A stretch of DNA of 64,000 bases from Octopus vulgaris (taxonomy: Eukaryota), in contig OX597824.1 in assembly GCA_951406725.2 (NCBI GenBank), forward strand, positions 71,176,001 through 71,240,000. The letters are read 5' to 3'. Shown one piece after another: positions 13,853 to 26,848 of the stretch (the stretch's first letter is position 1; each line of letters begins with the position of its first letter). Both the position numbers and the translations under genes were made by a program. The notes beneath the pieces were generated by a model. That model worked only from the letters and a program-made list of their open reading frames with translations, had not been told where the DNA came from and searched no databases.

Positions 13853-14700
13853 CAGTACCGTGCAAAAGTTTTCGGCCACTTTAAACTATAGTAAATTTCT
13901 ACTAATTGCCAACTTATAAGTGGATGTTTTACATTGTGTTTTTTACAGATGAAGCATTGGCCCTGTTGGAGTCATTTCCATACCTAATCATTATATTTTG
14001 TAGTAGGAGGTTTGAATGAGAAGGGAAGATGCGAGACGACCAGCAAAAATGGCCGTGCAAACGTTTTCAGCCACCTCACATAAACCAATCAAGATACAGT
14101 GTTTTAAAACTGAAAAATATCTATAATGAAAATTTATTACATAATGTTCATTTCAAGAAATTACTGTACATTGTTAATATGTCATGTAGCTTCCCTTAGC
14201 TTGAAGAATTACTTCAATGCGCCTGGGAAGAGATACGTACAAATCCTTCATCAGCTTCATAGATATGAGATGCCATTCTTTCTAGCTGAGCTCCCACAGC
14301 TCTTCAAGATTGCGTGGATTCTTCTGACGAACTCTTCTCTTTAGTTCTGTTCACATTTGCTCGATGATATTTAAGCCAGGGCTCTGAGCTGGTCAATCTT
14401 TCAATACGATAACGCCTTCATCAGCCAGACTCTGTTGTGTTGCACGCGATCTGTAGCATGGAGCTCCGTCATACTGAAAAATATCACCTTCATCTAAGTC
14501 TGGTATCAGATTATCCTTCAGCAACTGGATGTATTTGGTACTATTCAAGTTACCGTCAATTTTAACCAACTTTCTTGAACCATCACTTTTTATGTATCCC
14601 CAAAGCATCAGACTTTTACCTCCAAACTTCACTGTTTTCGTCGTGTAACGTGGATCCTTTCGCTTTCCTGGAAGCCTTCTGTCAAATTCTCACTTAGAAT
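13853..14700 (-). mobile_element. Tc1-type transposon 3' half with TIR
   Basis: TA|CAGTACCGTGCAAAAGTTTTCGGCCAC TIR with an inner repeat near 14052. Transposase KFGGKSLMLWG...FQYDGAPCY.S...*PAQSPG (decayed DDE). Confidence 0.85.
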
Positions 14701-14756
14701 TTTTTAAGAGAGCGGGCTACTAACCCCAAGATTCCAAGTTCGCTTCCAGGCAGTGA

Positions 14757-14830
<74 letters not shown>

Positions 14831-15277
14831 TCCTGCTCAATACCACAGATTTGCTTGTCAGTTATTTGACCGTAACCAGTTGAGCATGTCCCTTAGTGGC
14901 TGACGATATGTGCATCTCTGATCACGAGCAAAAGTAGTGGGGGAGCATCATAGCCATGTGTTGAGAGGGATTCTTTGAGGTTTGAATAATTCACCTCTGG
15001 AAACATGGGTGGTTCTTTCAACATCCTTAAACAACCCTTATTCAGGGACCTTTTGCGCGGGATGGGCTACTCAACCTGAAGAAAATTCTAACTGGGCCCC
15101 ACCTGCAAGGGCATGTGCTGTTTATCTTGATATGAGATCACCATGTCGCGCACATATGGTTGTGATGCATGTGCCTGGTGTACCCTTATCAGACGGGTAG
15201 TCATGATGGGTATACTGGGCTTCGTATATTTTACCCCAGTGTCACTTTGATGGCATGCACTGCTCTCTCACTCAATG

Positions 15278-15389
<112 letters not shown>

Positions 15390-15442
15390 CAACAACAACA
15401 ACAACATAGAAAAATGAGAACCCAGGTTCAAAATTTCCCCAA

Positions 15443-15488
15443 GACACCTGATGAAAGCTGGAGGGTATATCAGCTGAAACGTTGTGTT
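15443..15488 (+). ncRNA. Minimal type I hammerhead ribozyme motif in a short repeat next to (AAT)n
   Basis: GACAC CTGATGA A AGCTG gagggtatat CAGCT GAAAC GTT GTGTT: canonical core plus an extra A, 5-bp stem II, palindromic AACGTT stem III (dimer-dependent), stem I GACAC/GTGTT. Confidence 0.7.
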
Positions 15489-16140
15489 AACAACAAAGAA
15501 GATGAGGACAAATATTCGTCAATTGTAAATAATGTAAATAATGTACAAAAAAAAGATTCCCATCATACTTTTTCTATTTTCCCATATCACTGACTCTCCT
15601 CCCCTTCTCTCACTCACCTAATCTTTGTCCTGTCCCTCGTTCACTTTTCTCTTTTCTCCTTTCTCTCCTACACCAAATGCACTCCCACCTTCGATTCGTC
15701 AGCTTCTTTCCTTCTTTCTCTCTTCTTTCTCTCTCTTCTATAAACCGTTCATCTTCCCCTCCCTTATTCGATCTCTTCCTTCCCCCACTCTGCCCCTCTC
15801 TCTCTCTCTTTCTCTCTTGTTTCGCCTTCTTTTACGTGCAGACGACAGTGTTCACAACCTGTAAAGAAAGCTTAAACACACACACACACAAAGCCAGTCA
15901 TAAATATACACATGTGGTCACAAACTTTCACATCTTGTTCAAGCAAACACACAGAGAGGCACTCACACAGGCATAGACATACAAACACTCTCACTTATTG
16001 AAACACACTCACACACACACACACACATATAGTTCGGTAGTCATACCCAGAAACATATAGACACACGCACGTATTCAAACACACATTGAAATACTCACAC
16101 ATGCACATACACAAGCATGCAAAAACAAACGCTCGCACTT

Positions 16141-16203
<63 letters not shown>

Positions 16204-16669
16204 AACACACACCACAAGAACAAAACAGAATGCTAAGTATTTTCTTCGTGGTACTTTTTTAAAGAGATGAACAACTTTAGAAGGGAACGAAACCTATATT
16301 TAACTACCAAAATAGGGGCTTGTTTGTTCCGTTCTACTTCTGGGGAGAGAGAGGGAGGGAAAGAGAGAAAGAGTACGTGCGTGCGTCGCGTATGTGTGTG
16401 TGTATGTATGTGTGTGTGTGTTTACATATTCGCACAAACATATAAACACACACACATACAAAATACACACACACACACACACACTCACACACACAAAATA
16501 CACACACAGACACAATTGAATACATCATCTGGCAATGAATACGGTATGTGTTTTCGTGAATAGGAACACTTAAGAAATTCTGTTCTTTGCTGACATACAC
16601 ATATACACACACATATTTACATATGCATATATATACTTATACAGTGCACATATACACGAATACATTTAG

Positions 16670-16756
16670 GTATACACACATACATACATACATACATACA
16701 TACACACATACATACATACATACATACATACATACATACATACATACATACATACA

Positions 16757-16792
<36 letters not shown>

Positions 16793-17015
16793 TATACATA
16801 CATACATACATGCATACATACATACATACATACATACATACATACATACATACATACATACATACATACATACATACATACATACATACATACATACATA
16901 CATACATTCATACATACATACATACATACATACATATACATACATACATACATACATACATACATACATACATACATACATACATACATACATACATACA
17001 TACATACATACATAC
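16670..17015. repeat. (TACA)n microsatellite, representative of dozens of TA, CA, CT, GATA, TACA, AAT and CTT tracts in the window
   Basis: Directly visible. Other large tracts: 2436-2565, 5355-5648, 6790-6990, 15278-15405, 20390-21070, 21318-21635, 33245-33470, 47722-48070. Confidence 0.97.
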
Positions 17016-17214
17016 AGAACAGTAAACAGGTTGTACTTAGTGCTACTTTCTCTAAGCTAAAGAGAACTCAACGCAGAATATTTCTACCAAAAAAAAAAAT
17101 TACTGTTGGGGTTTGAAGGCTGAATGACTCACTGCAGCCGCACAAACCCCACAGTACTCACATACACATTTTTCTCTCCTTGTTTTTTTTTTTGTTTTTT
17201 TTTTTTCTGTGTTC

Positions 17215-17250
17215 CTTTCTGTAGAAGAGCGTAGGCTCGAAACGTAAAAG
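17215..17250 (+). ncRNA. Minimal hammerhead-like motif with an A6U core change
   Basis: CTTT CTGTAGA A GAGC gtag GCTC GAAAC GTA AAAG: all helices present, but the core is CUGUAGA rather than CUGANGA. Confidence 0.5.
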
Positions 17251-18076
17251 ACTTTTTCTATTCCTGAGCGTTATACTAATACATCTGTTTGTTTTGTACA
17301 CCACCTGTCTTCGTCTTTCGTTTTTTGTTTTTTTCGTGAACTCTTCCCCTATGTATACTCATAAATGGATTGTGTCTAACTAATGAGAGAGGAGTACTCA
17401 ATACATGCTGTAGGTAATAAAAAGGGTAAAGACCCCATTCGGTCATGAATGACTACGGGATTGCATCTAGAAAGTTTCCCTTCTGGCAAGCTTGTTTATG
17501 GAAGACCAGCAGTCACCCATGCATATCAATCTCCTCTCTCCCCACCACCAGTGTTATCCAAGGGAAGGCAAAGGCTGATACAGCTTGGCGCCAGTGCCGT
17601 TGCAACTAATTTCTACAGCTTAGTAAACTGGAGCAACGTGAAATAAAGAGTCTTGTACAAGCACACAGGGCGGTTCGGGAATTGAACTCACTACCTCGTG
17701 ATTGCGAGTCCGACGCTCTAACCACTGAGCCATGCGCATGGTTGGTTAAAAGTGAATCTCTTTCTTGCTACTCAAATTTCATACTACTGAAGTCTTCGAA
17801 TTCACAACACTAGTCTTCAGGAGAGTTCTATATGTTATATATGATGCCTGAACGATATGGAAAGGATTAAAATCTCACTCGTTGAATGTGGGGTTTATAT
17901 CAGGTAAGGGTAAAGACCCCCTTCGGTCATGAATGACTATGGGATAGCACCTAGAAAGTTCCCCTTCGAGGCACAAATCCGGGCAAGGTCACTGATATTA
18001 TCTAAGGGAAAGGCAAAGGCCGATACAGTTTGACCCCAGTGACATTGCAACTCATTTCTACATGTATGTATATATA

Positions 18077-18159
<83 letters not shown>

Positions 18160-18628
18160 GTATGTATATATCGTAAAGTGAATTGGAGCAACGTGAAAAA
18201 TAAAGTTTCTTGCTCAAGAACACAATACACAATCCAGTTCGGAAATCGAACTCACTACCTCATGATTGTGAGCCCGACGCTCTAACCACTGAGCCAAGTG
18301 CCTTCACCTATCATGAGAGTGTACTTAATTGCTGAGGCTGTTCTAATAAGGTGGAAAGGAGATAAAATAATACAGCGTGCCATTGTCAGATGACTTCACT
18401 TTTCTGTACGTTAACTGCGAGGCTCACTCTTTCACAGGCTGTAATGTATGCCGAGATGATGACGCTCCATAGGTCTTCTGCAGTGTATAATAGCAAAGCA
18501 CAGACATCAGCATTTTTTTAGATCAATGACCTGTTCACATCTGAACTTAGTGACAGCCTGCAGCTTTCTGTTATGGAAAAGTACTCTGTCGAGTAAGATC
18601 TTAAAAGTAACTACCGCTTTCCTTTCTA

Positions 18629-18682
<54 letters not shown>

Positions 18683-18704
18683 CATACATACATACATACA
18701 TACA

Positions 18705-18770
<66 letters not shown>

Positions 18771-18834
18771 CATACATACATGTATACATACATACATATA
18801 TACATACATATATATATATGTATATATATATATG

Positions 18835-18866
<32 letters not shown>

Positions 18867-19086
18867 TGTATGTGTGTATGTATGTATATATATATATATA
18901 TATATCGTGACGTATATTTGCCACCTAAATGTGGCTGACCCATATGGGACGATGCTACTGTTGTTTATAGCCCCAAGAAGATATATGTCATATATTATAT
19001 TAGGTATACGTACATAGTATATACATACGGACATACAGACACATACATATATATTCACATATATACATATTTACATACATACACAC

Positions 19087-19117
<31 letters not shown>

Positions 19118-19241
19118 CACACATACACATATGTATGTGAACACACACATGTATTTATGTGGGCGAGTCTTCATAACTTAGAATGCTAAGACCTCAAAGA
19201 TATCATCACTACTTTCTTCTTTCTTTTCTCCTCTTTCTGTT

Positions 19242-19289
<48 letters not shown>

Positions 19290-19667
19290 CTATATACATG
19301 CATACATACATGAACACACATACATGTGTGTCTGCGTGCGCGTGCGTGCGTGTGTGTGTAATTCCTGTCCTCTACATACAAGCTTGTCCCTTCAAGAGCC
19401 GGTGCCACATAAAAAGCACTTGTGCTGGTGCTGCTTCAGTGCACCCCGTGCCGGTGGCACGTAAAAAGTATCCAGCACCCTCTGTTAAGTGGTTGGCGTT
19501 AGGAAGGGCATCCAGCCGTAGAAGCCATGTCATGACAGACAATTGAAGTCTGGAAAGCTCCCACGTGGCCAGCTTCATGTCAAACCGTCCAATCCGTGCC
19601 GGCATAGAAAATGGGTGATCGTCATGATTATATATGCACACACACGCGCATAAACACGCGCATACAC

Positions 19668-19716
<49 letters not shown>

Positions 19717-20394
19717 TACATACATACATACATACATACATACATACATACATACATACATACATACATACTTGCATGCATACATACATACATACATACA
19801 TACATACATACATACATACATACTTGCATGCATACATACATACATACATACATACATACATACATACATACATACATACATACTTGCATGCATACATACA
19901 TACATACATACATACATACATACATACATACATACATACATACATACATACATTGTTTTAGTCATTTACTGGTTTCGCTCAAACTGAGACAAAATCTTCA
20001 GTAAAAAAGAGAAAAGCGAACTCCACCAGCACGAAAAGAAAAACTGCATCTGGGGAAAAATAAATTACCACAAGATATTTTTGTTCGACGCACTGATTCT
20101 TCATCCTGATATGCATGTTTAGTTTAAATAAATGATATACACATCATCGTACATTGAGTACTCTTTCTCCTTCCTCTGACAAATTGTAACGTTTAGGGGG
20201 ACGTGGAAGAATCGTTAACGCGTCGGACGAAATACTTAGCGGCACTTCTTTCAGCTCTTTACGTTATAAGTTCAAATTCTGCTGAGTTAGACTTTGACTT
20301 TCATCTTCTCGAGGTCGACAAAATAACGTACTAATGAAGTATTGAGGTCAATGTAACTGACTTGCCCCTTCTCAGAATTTGAAATGTTTATTAC

Positions 20395-20428
<34 letters not shown>

Positions 20429-20577
20429 ATCATCATCATCATTATTATTATTGTTATTATTATTGTTATTATTATTGTTGTTATTATTGTGGTTATTATT
20501 GTTGTTGTTCTTGTTGTTCTTGTTGTTCTTGTTGTTCTTGTTATTATTACTATTACTATTACTATTACTATTAATAT

Positions 20578-20662
<85 letters not shown>

Positions 20663-21317
20663 TTATTTTTATTATTCCCTACACTATCACTATGATTATG
20701 GCGCCGCCTCCCGATGTTATCGATCCCACTACTGATGCTGAGCCGCCGCAGTATTATTAGAACGAATCTCAAGAATCTTCTTCTTCTTCTTCTTCTTCTT
20801 CTTCTTCTTCTTCTTCTTCTTCTTCTTCTTCTTCTTCTTCTTCTTCTTCTCTTTCTTCTCCTTCTTCTTCTTCTTCTCCTTCTTCTTCTCCTCCTCCTTC
20901 TCCTTCTTCTTCTTCCTCTTCTCCTTCTTCTTCTTCTCCTCCTCCTCCTCCTTCTTATTTTTCTCTCCTCCTCCTTCTTTAACAACTCTCTCTCTCTCTC
21001 TCTCTTTCTCTCTTTCTCTCTCCCTCTCTCTATCTCTCTTTCTATCTATCTATCTCTATCTCTTTCTCTTTCCCCACCAGTCCTCCGTGCAGTCACATTA
21101 CGAAACAAAGACAGCTGCAACCACTCCAACAATGCAACAAATATTTTGTGTTACACAAAAATGATAAAGTAGAACCTGGGGGAAACTAGCGATTGTCTGC
21201 GTAGGCAAAGAAGAAGAGTACAAAAGGTTTATTGCTGAGAATTTCTTCTTCGTTCTCACCTTTGGTATTTCTCCACATGCCTCTGACACACCCATGATAT
21301 ATGAATGTGAATATGCA

Positions 21318-21349
<32 letters not shown>

Positions 21350-21365
21350 ACACACACACACACAC

Positions 21366-21455
<90 letters not shown>

Positions 21456-21545
21456 TATATGCATATATATATATATATATACATATATATATGCATACAT
21501 ATATATATATATATCTATACGTATATACATATATATATATATATG

Positions 21546-21600
<55 letters not shown>

Positions 21601-21827
21601 GTATATACATACATATATATATATATATATATTTATATTATATAAAAGGGCTTAGTAAAATAAATTACTTTGCCACATACTGAACTCATTAGAAATAGCA
21701 GCTAAAAAAAACTTTTTTAAAACTATTTCTAATACTTAAAGAAAATCTCTCTCATATAGTGCTTGCTCAATTCAACTCACGAAAGTATGGGGGTAAAGAC
21801 ATTAAAAAATCAAATGCAAAGGTTATT

Positions 21828-21880
21828 TGAGAACGTACGTTTCAAGATTAGTCAAACTCGACATTTCTATCATCAGCTCA
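21828..21880 (-). ncRNA. Type I hammerhead ribozyme motif, array copy 1
   Basis: Minus strand reads UGAG CUGAUGA [stem II] GAAAC GUAC GUU CUCA: stem I UGAG/CUCA, canonical core, palindromic stem III AACGUACGUU, NUH = GUU. Confidence 0.8.
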
Positions 21881-22394
21881 GAACTCCTTGGTTTGGATCT
21901 GAAAACACTGAAAGTGGGAGCATACCCTTTCGGCTTCCTATCGCTTCTGAAGATCTGCTCGAAACTAACAGTGCCAACATACCCAAAAAATGCAAGCGAA
22001 GAATTTCTGCTCTCCCCTTTCCACCAGCGTGGGTTAAAATCAGCAAACGCTAAGCTTTTTCGGTAAATCCGAAACATTAAATAGAGAGAGATGAATTATA
22101 ATTTCAACAATTGAGGGTAAAATTAATTAATTTATTATTAATCAATTTCACCAAGTGTTCAGTATGTAAAGGGACCATTTAAGGCGAATTCAAATTATTA
22201 CATTATATAAAAGGGCTTAGTAAAATAAATTACTTTGCCACATACTGAACTCATTAGAAATAGCAGCTAAAAAAAAAACTTTTTTAAAACTATTTCTAAT
22301 ACTTAAAGAAAATCTCTCTCATATAGTGCTTGCTCAATTCAACTCACGAAAGTATGGGGGTAAAGACATTAAAAAATCAAATGCAAAGGTTATT

Positions 22395-22447
22395 TGAGAA
22401 CGTACGTTTCAAGATTAGTCAAACTCGACATTTCTATCATCAGCTCA
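22395..22447 (-). ncRNA. Type I hammerhead ribozyme motif, array copy 2
   Basis: Same sequence as copy 1, 567 bp away. Confidence 0.8.
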
Positions 22448-22955
22448 GAACTCCTTGGTTTGGATCTGAAAACACTGAAAGTGGGAGCATACCCTTTCGG
22501 CTTCCTATCGCTTCTGAAGATCTGCTCGAAACTAACAGTGCCAACATACCCAAAAAATGCAAGCGAAGAATTTCTGCTCTCCTTTCCACCAGCGTGGGTT
22601 AAAATCAGCAAACGCTAAGCTTTTTCGGTAAATCCGAAACATTAAATAGAGAGAGATGAATTATAATTTCAACAATTGAGGGTAAAATTAATTAATTTAT
22701 TATTAATCAATTTCACCAAGTGTTCAGTATGTAAAGGGACCATTTAAGGCGAATTCAAATTATTACATTATATAAAAGGGCTTAGTAAAATAAATTACTT
22801 TGCCACATACTGAACTCATTAGAAATAGCAGCTAAAAAAACTTTTTAAAACTATTTCTAATACTTAAAGAAAATCTCTCTCATATAGTGCTTGCTCAATT
22901 CAACTCACGAAAGTATGGGGGTAAAGACATTAAAAAATCAAATGCAAAGGTTATT

Positions 22956-23008
22956 TGAGAACGTACGTTTCAAGATTAGTCAAACTCGACATTTCTATCA
23001 TCAGCTCA
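22956..23008 (-). ncRNA. Type I hammerhead ribozyme motif, array copy 3
   Basis: Same sequence as copy 1, 561 bp from copy 2. Confidence 0.8.
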
Positions 23009-23754
23009 GAACTCCTTGGTTTGGATCTGAAAACACTGAAAGTGGGAGCATACCCTTTCGGCTTCCTATCGCTTCTGAAGATCTGCTCGAAACTAACAGT
23101 GCCAACATACCCAAAAAATGCAAGCGAAGAATTCCTGCTCTCCCCTTTCCACCAGCGTGGGTTAAAATCAGCAAACGCTAAGCTTTTTCGGTAAATCCGA
23201 AACATTAAATAGAGAGAGATGAATTATAATTTCAACAATTGAGGGTAAAATTAATTAATTTATTATTAATCAATTTACCCCCATACTTTCGTGAGTTGAA
23301 TTGAGCAAGCACTATATGAGAGAGATTTTCTTTAAGTATTAGAAATAGTTTTAAAAAAGTTTTTTTAGCTGCTATTTCTAATGAGTTCAGTATGTGGCAA
23401 AGTAATTTATTTTACTAAGCCCTTTTATATAATGTAATAATTTGAATTCGCCTTAAATGGTCCCTTTACATACTGAACACTTGGTGAAATTGATTAATAA
23501 TAAATTAATTAATTTTACCCTCAATTGTTGAAATTATAATTCATCTCTCTCTATTTAATGTTTCGGATTTACCGAAAAAGCTTAGCGTTTGCTGATTTTA
23601 ACCCACGCTGGTGGAAAGGGGAGAGCAGAAATTCTTCGCTTGCATTTTTTGGGTATGTTGGCACTGTTAGTTTCGAGCAGATCTTCAGAAGCGATAGGAA
23701 GCCGAAAGGGTATGCTCCCACTTTCAGTGTTTTCAGATCCAAACCAAGGAGTTC

Positions 23755-23807
23755 TGAGCTGATGATAGAAATGTCGAGTTTGACTAATCTTGAAACGTAC
23801 GTTCTCA
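23755..23807 (+). ncRNA. Type I hammerhead ribozyme motif, array copy 4
   Basis: TGAG CTGATGA TAGAAATGTCGAGTTTGACTAATCTT GAAAC GTAC GTT CTCA; predicted cleavage after 23803. Confidence 0.82.
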
Positions 23808-24320
23808 AATAACCTTTGCATTTGATTTTTTAATGTCTTTACCCCCATACTTTCGTGAGTTGAATTGAGCAAGCACTATATGAGAGAGATTTTCTTTAAG
23901 TATTAGAAATAGTTTTAAAAAAGTTTTTTTTTAGCTGCTATTTCTAATGAGTTCAGTATGTGGCAAAGTAATTTATTTTACTAAGCCCTTTTATATAATG
24001 TAATAATTTGAATTCGCCTTAAATGGTCCCTTTACATACTGAACACTTGGTGAAATTGATTAATAATAAATTAATTAATTTTACCCTCAATTGTTGAAAT
24101 TATAATTCATCTCTCTCTATTTAATGTTTCGGATTTACCGAAAAAGCTTAGCGTTTGCTGATTTTAACCCACGCTGGTGGAAAGGGGAGAGCAGAAATTC
24201 TTCGCTTGCATTTTTTGGGTATGTTGGCACTGTTAGTTTCGAGCAGATCTTCAGAAGCGATAGGAAGCCGAAAGGGTATGCTCCCACTTTCAGTGTTTTC
24301 AGATCCAAACCAAGGAGTTC

Positions 24321-24373
24321 TGAGCTGATGATAGAAATGTCGAGTTTGGCTAATCTTGAAACGTACGTTCTCA
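24321..24373 (+). ncRNA. Type I hammerhead ribozyme motif, array copy 5
   Basis: As copy 4, 566 bp downstream. Its single substitution in stem II (TGAC to TGGC) keeps pairing as U-G. Predicted cleavage after 24369. Confidence 0.82.
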
Positions 24374-24813
24374 AATAACCTTTGCATTTGATTTTTTAAT
24401 GTCTTTACCCCCATACTTTCGTGGGTTGAATTGAGCAAGCACTATATGAGAGAGATTTTCTTTAAGTATTAGAAATAGTTTTAAAAAGTTTTTTTTAGCT
24501 GCTATTTCTAATGAGTTCAGTATGTGGCAAAGTAATTTATTTTACTAAGCCCTTTTATATAATGTAATAATTTGAATTCGCCTTAAATGGTCCCTTTACA
24601 TACTGAACACTTGGTGAAATTGATTAATAATAAATTAATTAATTTTACCCTCAATTGTTGAAATATATATATTTATATATATATATATATATGCATACAT
24701 ATATATATAGAGAGAGAAATGTATGTGTGTGAATGTGTGTACATGCATCTGACATGCAAAAGATATGTTAATAAACACACAAATCTTTATACATACATAC
24801 ATACATACATACA

Positions 24814-24844
<31 letters not shown>

Positions 24845-24889
24845 TTCTTTCAGAATCAATGAGCCATAGAATATTTCCAAATATTTATT

Positions 24890-24931
<42 letters not shown>

Positions 24932-26129
24932 GATTACATTGGCCTCGGTGCTCAACTGGTTTTATTTAATAGACCTCGAAAGGATAAAAGGCAAAAATTG
25001 GCAGAATTTGAACTCAGAACCGGAAGAAATATTGCTAAGTATTTTGTACTACGTGCTAACGATTCTGCCACCACGCAGCCTAAACGATGAATAGCTTTGC
25101 GTAAACCAGGCATAAACCAGTGAAAAACCGAAGTAATATAACTTATAATCTCATAATTCACTAGAAAAGTATGAGAAAGAATAAAATCAATCGTAAATTT
25201 TCATGGTGAAAATTCTGAAATAAGGCATCCTAAACAACAGATGTCTCAAATTAAAGACAGCTTTGTAAACTAAAATAAAATATGATCTTGCATTAAGTGA
25301 ATAATATTTATATGGTTTTTGTTTACTTTTTAGATATGCTTTTATTTTAAACTGCCTCTCCAACCTGACAAAAGTGTAAAATGCTTACTGTACATTTAAT
25401 AATTAGGTAAACGGTGAATTAAAAAGGGCAGCATCACAAATCCCCGTGATAGCCTTTAATTCAGGAAGTCGTCTGCACTTTAGAATCATCCTTTTCCTAC
25501 TGTTTTCCCCTGAGAGTAAATGTTTACCTTGGAGCATTTCAATGAAACTATAACATTCTTGTGATGTACTCATTTGACCATCGTTGATATTGCCATCGTT
25601 GATATAACCGTCTGCTTACTTTAGCCATTTTAATTTTTCTATTTATACTTTGTAAATTTCTCTTTTGACATGAAAAGAAAAATAAACCAAAATACTTTTT
25701 TGATTTTATCAATTTTTTTTTTCCTTATTTTCTCTAAAGTTTAGCTGCACTTGAAAATCTTAGCACTTGTTGAAATCACTGTTTAAGCATTCGTAAGGAA
25801 CGTAGAGATAACTTAAGCTCTCTTCCCGAATGTCTGTCCACAATGAATCCTTTTTACGTGAGTGTATTCACACTCAAACATACAAACACACACAAAAATG
25901 CACTCATATACACATTGAGCGTTGTGAGAGACAGCCAGGTATTTATTAGCTAACAACGTATAATCCACTGGAATATGTGATTCACGACTCAAAATAAAAC
26001 AATAAAGAAAAAAGAAAATGATTAAAAGAAAAACGAATCGTTTTATGAAGACAAACACTATATTTGCCTTTGATGTTTAGGTAAATATCCGTACTAGAAA
26101 CACATAGCAATGTTGTTGCTTGCTCAAAC

Positions 26130-26771
26130 AGATGTATCGCATCTCTTATTTATTTTACTTCAGTGTTGGGGAATTCAGCGTGCCCTAAATATGAGAATAT
26201 GCGACTGTAAGCCAAAGACCACAAACTAGAAGGATACTTTCTCTTGGTATTCGAGATAATCCTAGACCTGTTGGAATATCTTGACTGTCGATATTTTTTC
26301 GTTCAAAATTTTGGAGATTTGCAAAACTACATTTTTGAAATCTTCAGAGCACAGAAAATTCAAAATTAAATATGATATTTGCATATATAGCTGCTTGGTC
26401 GCCATTTACCTTTTCAAAATGGCCACTATAAGAAACAAAATTTGTCCTATCTCGGTTTCTAGTCAACATAGAAATTTAACTAAATAAGCTAATATTATAT
26501 TTCCTGGGAAATAAAAAAAAAAACACTACTTGCATCTTTAGACTTCTAGTTTTAACACTTCACTTTCAGAACTTTTTATTTTTCCAGAGTCAAGCGGTAA
26601 CAAGGCGTATATACGCCACTGATTGATAAAACTCTTCTAAACTTTTCATTCGATGTTTATTCTGTGTTTCCAAAGACAAGATATCTACTCATATTCCCGA
26701 AGCTGAAAAGTGTTTCGAAAACTTGGTGTGAACATTAGGATGGGAAAATATCTGCTGCGATAAATGAGAAA

Positions 26772-26848
<77 letters not shown>

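Larger units (their letters stand above)
21637..24664. mobile_element. Tandem plus inverted array of a ~566-bp non-coding unit carrying a hammerhead ribozyme (Penelope pseudo-LTR / retrozyme-like)
   Basis: About 2.9 direct copies (21637-23276), a strand switch at a TTT microhomology (23274-23276), then about 2.5 inverted copies to 24664. Copies are nearly identical and the array is flanked by (TA)n on both sides. Confidence 0.9.

Noticed and set aside
18521-21230. Exon-like stretches at about 18521-18591 and 21080-21226
   Set aside because: Plausible AG/GT pairs but no recognisable product or consistent partner exons; chance level in AT-rich DNA.
21945-21975. CTGAAGA...CGAAAC on the strand opposite the called ribozyme in the 566-bp unit
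   Set aside because: No stem I partner, no stem II, and G at the cleavage position; not a credible second hammerhead.
21763-24438. Repeated 73-96 aa ORFs (MLNSTHESMG..., MFRIYRKSLA..., MRTYVSRLVK...) in the array
   Set aside because: They recur only because the unit is repeated, overlap in three frames, resemble no family I recognise, and copy 2 is frameshifted. The unit is better explained as structured RNA.
21637-24664. CRISPR or ordinary satellite interpretation of the array
   Set aside because: Eukaryotic context, no short repeat-spacer structure, few copies, an internal inversion and one ribozyme per unit.
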